From a virus: DNA of 16,665 bases. Position numbers and translations under genes: made by a program. Under the pieces are notes generated by a model. The model was given only the letters and a program-made list of their open reading frames with translations. It was not told the DNA's origin and made no database searches. The stretch lies in the UHGV virus genome UHGV-0187499; one strand, 5' to 3'. This document shows, one piece after another, positions 16,094-16,665 of this stretch. Every line of letters begins with the position of its first letter. Position 1 is the first letter of the stretch.

Positions 16094-16528
16094 ATGACGA
16101 CATTAATTGATACAGTTAAACCGACAGAATCTTACCTTGAAGAAATTTTGCCGCAGGCGCTCAATGGCAGGAGTGAAGACGAGTTCCTGACAGTATATCT
16201 CGCTGGGATGGTTGAAAGACTAAAGAAAGATCCACAGCTTTATCACCTTTATGGTCCGTGGTGGCCTGCGCTTAAAACGATATTGCTGGAGCGCGGCGAC
16301 ACATCATTTGGACAGGTTGTAGATAGCGATGTGGCAGAGATCTACAGAATGAGTCGCCCGGCGCTTACGGTTTTAGCTGGACATCTGTATTCGAGCGATC
16401 GCCTGGAAAATGACGCGGTATACAATCCCGTTCATGCTCTGGAAGTCGCGGCTTATGCCGATGATACAGAGCCATATGTATACACAAGCTACGATGAGTC
16501 TATAGAGAAATATCGAATTATGGGGTAG
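16094..16528 (+). CDS. Hypothetical protein (144 aa) co-transcribed downstream of darB
   Basis: ORF with ATG 16094 and TAG 16526-16528, same strand, 36 nt after the darB stop. No family recognised. Confidence 0.55.
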   Translation: MTTLIDTVKPTESYLEEILPQALNGRSEDEFLTVYLAGMVERLKKDPQLYHLYGPWWPALKTILLERGDTSFGQVVDSDVAEIYRMSRPALTVLAGHLYSSDRLENDAVYNPVHALEVAAYADDTEPYVYTSYDESIEKYRIMG

Positions 16529-16530
16529 TC

Positions 16531-16665
16531 ATGCGAAAGAACCGTCGGTTTACGCTCGAAGACCTAAAGGAATATTCCATATCGAAGGGGTATGTCCTTG
16601 AGTTCCACCGTTACAAGAAGGTTTTTACGCTGCGAAAAGCAGAAAACCCGGCGAGCTGGAGCTGG
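16531..16665 (+). CDS. Hypothetical protein, 3'-truncated at the window edge
   Basis: ATG 16531 lies 3 nt after the previous stop, with GGGG five nt upstream. Open for 45 codons to the window end (MRKNRRFTLEDLKEYSISKGYVLEFHRYKK...). It is not in the ORF track because no stop lies inside the window. Confidence 0.4.
   Translation, partial: MRKNRRFTLEDLKEYSISKGYVLEFHRYKKVFTLRKAENPASWSW

Noticed and set aside
1-16665. CRISPR arrays, tRNA or rRNA genes, integrase or transposase genes
   Set aside because: No spacer-repeat periodicity, no cloverleaf-like conserved tRNA features, and no recombinase or transposase-like ORF was seen on either strand.

Overview
This 16.7 kb window reads as a module-dense stretch of a temperate tailed phage or phage-plasmid of enterobacteria, with a P1-like flavour but not P1 gene order. 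All calls are from reading the sequence and ORF track by hand; no database search or folding program was run. Almost everything is on the + strand. Modules in order: (1) three co-directional genes for proteins with coiled coils and acidic Pro/Glu/Gln-rich linkers (1-3081), likely virion or head-internal proteins; (2) a portal-like gene and a protease/scaffold-like gene (3146-5840), ending in a hairpin terminator; (3) an HTH DNA-binding protein gene (6041-7003) preceded by a dyad-rich, GATC-dense control region and carrying two tandem palindromic iteron-like repeats inside its coding sequence; (4) a candidate antisense-RNA immunity module resembling P1 immI (c4/icd/ant): a structured RNA whose two 7-nt boxes are complementary to two copies of a TTGACAG...GATTGTG target pair, the second copy overlapping the RBS of a 74-codon ORF that is translationally coupled to a Rha-family antirepressor-like gene and a further small ORF; (5) a divergent Cys/His peptidase-like gene on the minus strand; (6) a 2281-2305 aa single-polypeptide N6-adenine methyltransferase + SF2 helicase fusion with the architecture of the P1 DarB anti-restriction protein, followed by two small genes. 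The most interesting items are the DarB-like giant protein and the c4-like antisense control module. No rRNA, tRNA, CRISPR array, integrase or IS element was seen.
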